Of a stretch of DNA of 64,000 nucleotides, positions 61,688 through 64,000 are shown piece by piece (the stretch's first letter is position 1; every line of letters starts with the position of its first letter). A program made the translations under genes and the position numbers. Location: assembly GCA_964016885.1 (NCBI GenBank), contig OZ024741.1:136834001-136898000 (forward strand), given 5' to 3'. A model generated the notes under the pieces. It ran no database searches. It had not been told where the DNA came from and worked only from the letters and a program-made list of their open reading frames with translations. The DNA comes from Eledone cirrhosa. Its lineage: Eukaryota.

Positions 61688-61872
61688 AGTAATGGAAAGA
61701 CCAGTGGTTTCCTTGATCAATTTCTTTTCTTTGTTTTTTTTAAAGAGTTTAAAATGAGTCTCCGACGATGTAATTTCTTGATATGAATTGTATATAATTT
61801 TAAATATATGAGACGAATTTATTTTACGATGTTTATAATGTTTTTTGTTGTTTGTTTTTTCTCTACCTGCAG

Positions 61873-62018
61873 ATTGCTATATTCGACTGTGTGTCTCAGA
61901 ATTGGTTAATTGTGCCAAGGAATCCAAAGACTTGAAGCGGTCCTTTGATGAATGTAAAATTGATTATAGAATGTGCGGTTTGAAATGTATGTCCAGCATA
62001 TCTCGTTTATCTGAATAA
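61873..62018 (+). CDS. Terminal coding exon 5 ((N)CYIRLCVSELVNCAKESKDLKRSFDECKIDYRMCGLKCMSSISRLSE*)
   Basis: Long pyrimidine tract plus ctgcag acceptor, phase 1, six Cys, TAA at 62016-62018. AATAAA at 62014 and 62038. Confidence 0.8.
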
Positions 62019-62606
62019 ATGGAGACCTTCACAGAAAAATAAAAATTCCTCATTACTCTGATCTGACTTTCTAAATCTAACTCTTTATGGAATGGAGACA
62101 AACAAAAACATTTCTCATGCTGTAATACGATGAGAATTATTAAAAACTCTTAGATTAAATATATTTCTTCATTGTTTTGTTGAATTATTTTTTTTCTTTT
62201 ATAAAGGAGGAGTTTAGTGGTTAGAGTGTATGGCCTCACGATCATAAAGTCGTGGGTTTAATTCCGTAACAAGGTAACACGTTATGAAAGACGCTTCATT
62301 TCACGATGGTTTTTTTTTTTTTTTTTTTTTTTAATTATAGGATTTAGACTTCTTTCATAAAACACGAGAAATCTCCTATGAGATACAACACGGTAGAAGA
62401 CAAGCTAAACCTGGGTAGGCTGGAGCTATAATAACACCGGGGCTTCTATCATTAAATCATCCAAGAAACCTCTTATGAAATACAACTTCGTTGAAAACCA
62501 GCTAAACCTACATGCGTGTGAACTGCAAATTTAATTTTGCATTTTTTCTCGGGTGTTGTGTGTGTGTGCGTGCGTGCGTGTGTGTGTGTGTGTGTGTGTG
62601 TGTTGT

Positions 62607-62750
62607 TTCGGCAATTTACGTTCTGAGTTCGAATGCTGCCTTTCATCCTTACGAGGTCGATAAAATAAAGTACCAATCATATACTAGTGTTGATTTTATT
62701 GACTTTCCTCTCCCACAACATTTCTCGTTTTGTGCCTAAATCAGAAATTA
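62607..62750 (+). mobile_element. tRNA-derived SINE (family A), partial
   Basis: ttacgttctgagttcgaatgctgcctttcatccttacgaggtcgataaaataaagtacc. Confidence 0.7.
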
Positions 62751-63276
62751 TAAAAGTTGGCCCATAAATTGCTTTACTATTCTAAAAGTTAACAATTTAT
62801 TTTTTCATCAATAATTATGTTTTATTCATTATTTCAGATTTTGAAAATATGTTACCTGGAAAATGTTCATGTTTCCAGGTAACATATTGCTAAAAGAAAT
62901 GTTATCAAATGTTTAAATACTAGTGTCATTTATCGGCCACCCTGTAAACTTTTATTTCGGATTTTGAAAATATGTTTCAAAATAAATTAATGTTAACCCC
63001 AAAAAATAAAAAGAAAGTTATTAAAGTTTTAAATGATAAAATCACCGTATGGTGGAGCATGGCCCTTGTTTGATGCCACTGTGTGGTATCTTGATCATGT
63101 GTCATTTACTATAGCCTCAGATCAATTGAATAGGCGGACACTGTTTGGAAACCTGTCAGATATAGCGTACCAGTAATTCAACTGGCCCGCATTGACACAC
63201 AGTGTAACACAGAAACTCACTGAGAATTACGTTAAGTTGACCCATGCCTTGTGAGTGAAATTGGGTAGACAGAAAC

Positions 63277-63466
63277 CAGACCTGTGAACTCTCCCCGTCC
63301 GATGGGGAGATCACCCACCCACTTTGGGGTGGGTGCGAGATGTCTTCTCTTATCAAAATGGCTATAGCTTTCATTATGTAAAATCTCCTATTTTGCCTCA
63401 TTTCTCCCAGTTTGGGGGCGCTTTCATGGTACTCTCCGTTTGGGTTTCTAGAGGTTGGCAGGTCTG
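63277..63466. mobile_element. MITE (inverse copy of 50791-50976)
   Basis: cagacctg...gttggcaggtctg. Flanks cagaaac and gagaaac may be a 7-bp TSD. Confidence 0.75.
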
Positions 63467-64000
63467 GAGAAACTGTTTGGAAGCCTATCGAATGAATTGT
63501 ACCTGTAATACAAAGGGGCCAGCCGTATCACATACTGTCATGCTGAATCTCCATCAGATCTACGTTAAGGGTACACGTTCTTGCGGAATACTCAGCCACT
63601 TACACTATAGCACAATATGTAGTGTACCTGTAATTTAAAGAGGCCAGCTTTGGTACACACTGTATCACATTGAATCTACCAGAGAATTACGTTAAGGATA
63701 CATGTGTCTATAGAATGCTCAGACACATACACGTTAATTTCATGGCTAGGTTGATCCGTTGATCGAACAACTGGAACACTCGCCGTCAAAACCGACGGCG
63801 GGCCTTTTGATTCCAAGATTACACCTTATTTATATTGATTAATTCATGATTAACAATTCATTATAAACAAATTGAGTGGTAAATAAACATATACATATAT
63901 ATTAGGTCTTAACATAATAGAATCAAATTCCTATTGTCATTGCTTCCGTCTCTTTCACACTAACAATTCTCATTATTATAAGCAAATGGTAAGGCGGTGA

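Noticed and set aside
61492-61786. ORFs with 14-aa repeats
   Set aside because: Products of the 42-bp tandem repeat, with no splice or homology support.

Overview
This is eukaryotic, very AT-rich and microsatellite-saturated DNA. The SINE and repeat content suggests a mollusc, probably a cephalopod, but that is inference. Almost every ORF in the supplied track is a (TA)n/(CA)n artefact. Four real layers are visible. (1) One host gene on the + strand has five small coding exons across 26.5-62.0 kb, joined by four phase-1 GT-AG introns. They give a 126-aa secreted prepro-protein: signal peptide, KR-NSWWS-KK, then a Cys-rich C-terminal domain. (2) Penelope-like retroelements (PLEs): one intact RT+GIY-YIG ORF between apparently identical 1247-bp inverted arms, one decayed long copy with ~720-bp inverted arms, and three GIY-YIG 3' remnants. 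(3) A dense set of small non-coding elements inserted in (TA)n. Most carry type-I hammerhead ribozyme motifs and have head-to-head inverted ends. Some form tandem units of 482, 317, 260 and ~354 bp, resembling retrozymes. (4) Relics of CRE-like and R4-like LINEs, Tc1, mariner and pogo transposons, MITEs and tRNA-derived SINEs, plus an 80-bp minisatellite that aligns to the 3' end of the CRE-like LINE. All calls were made by eye; no searches or folding programs were run.
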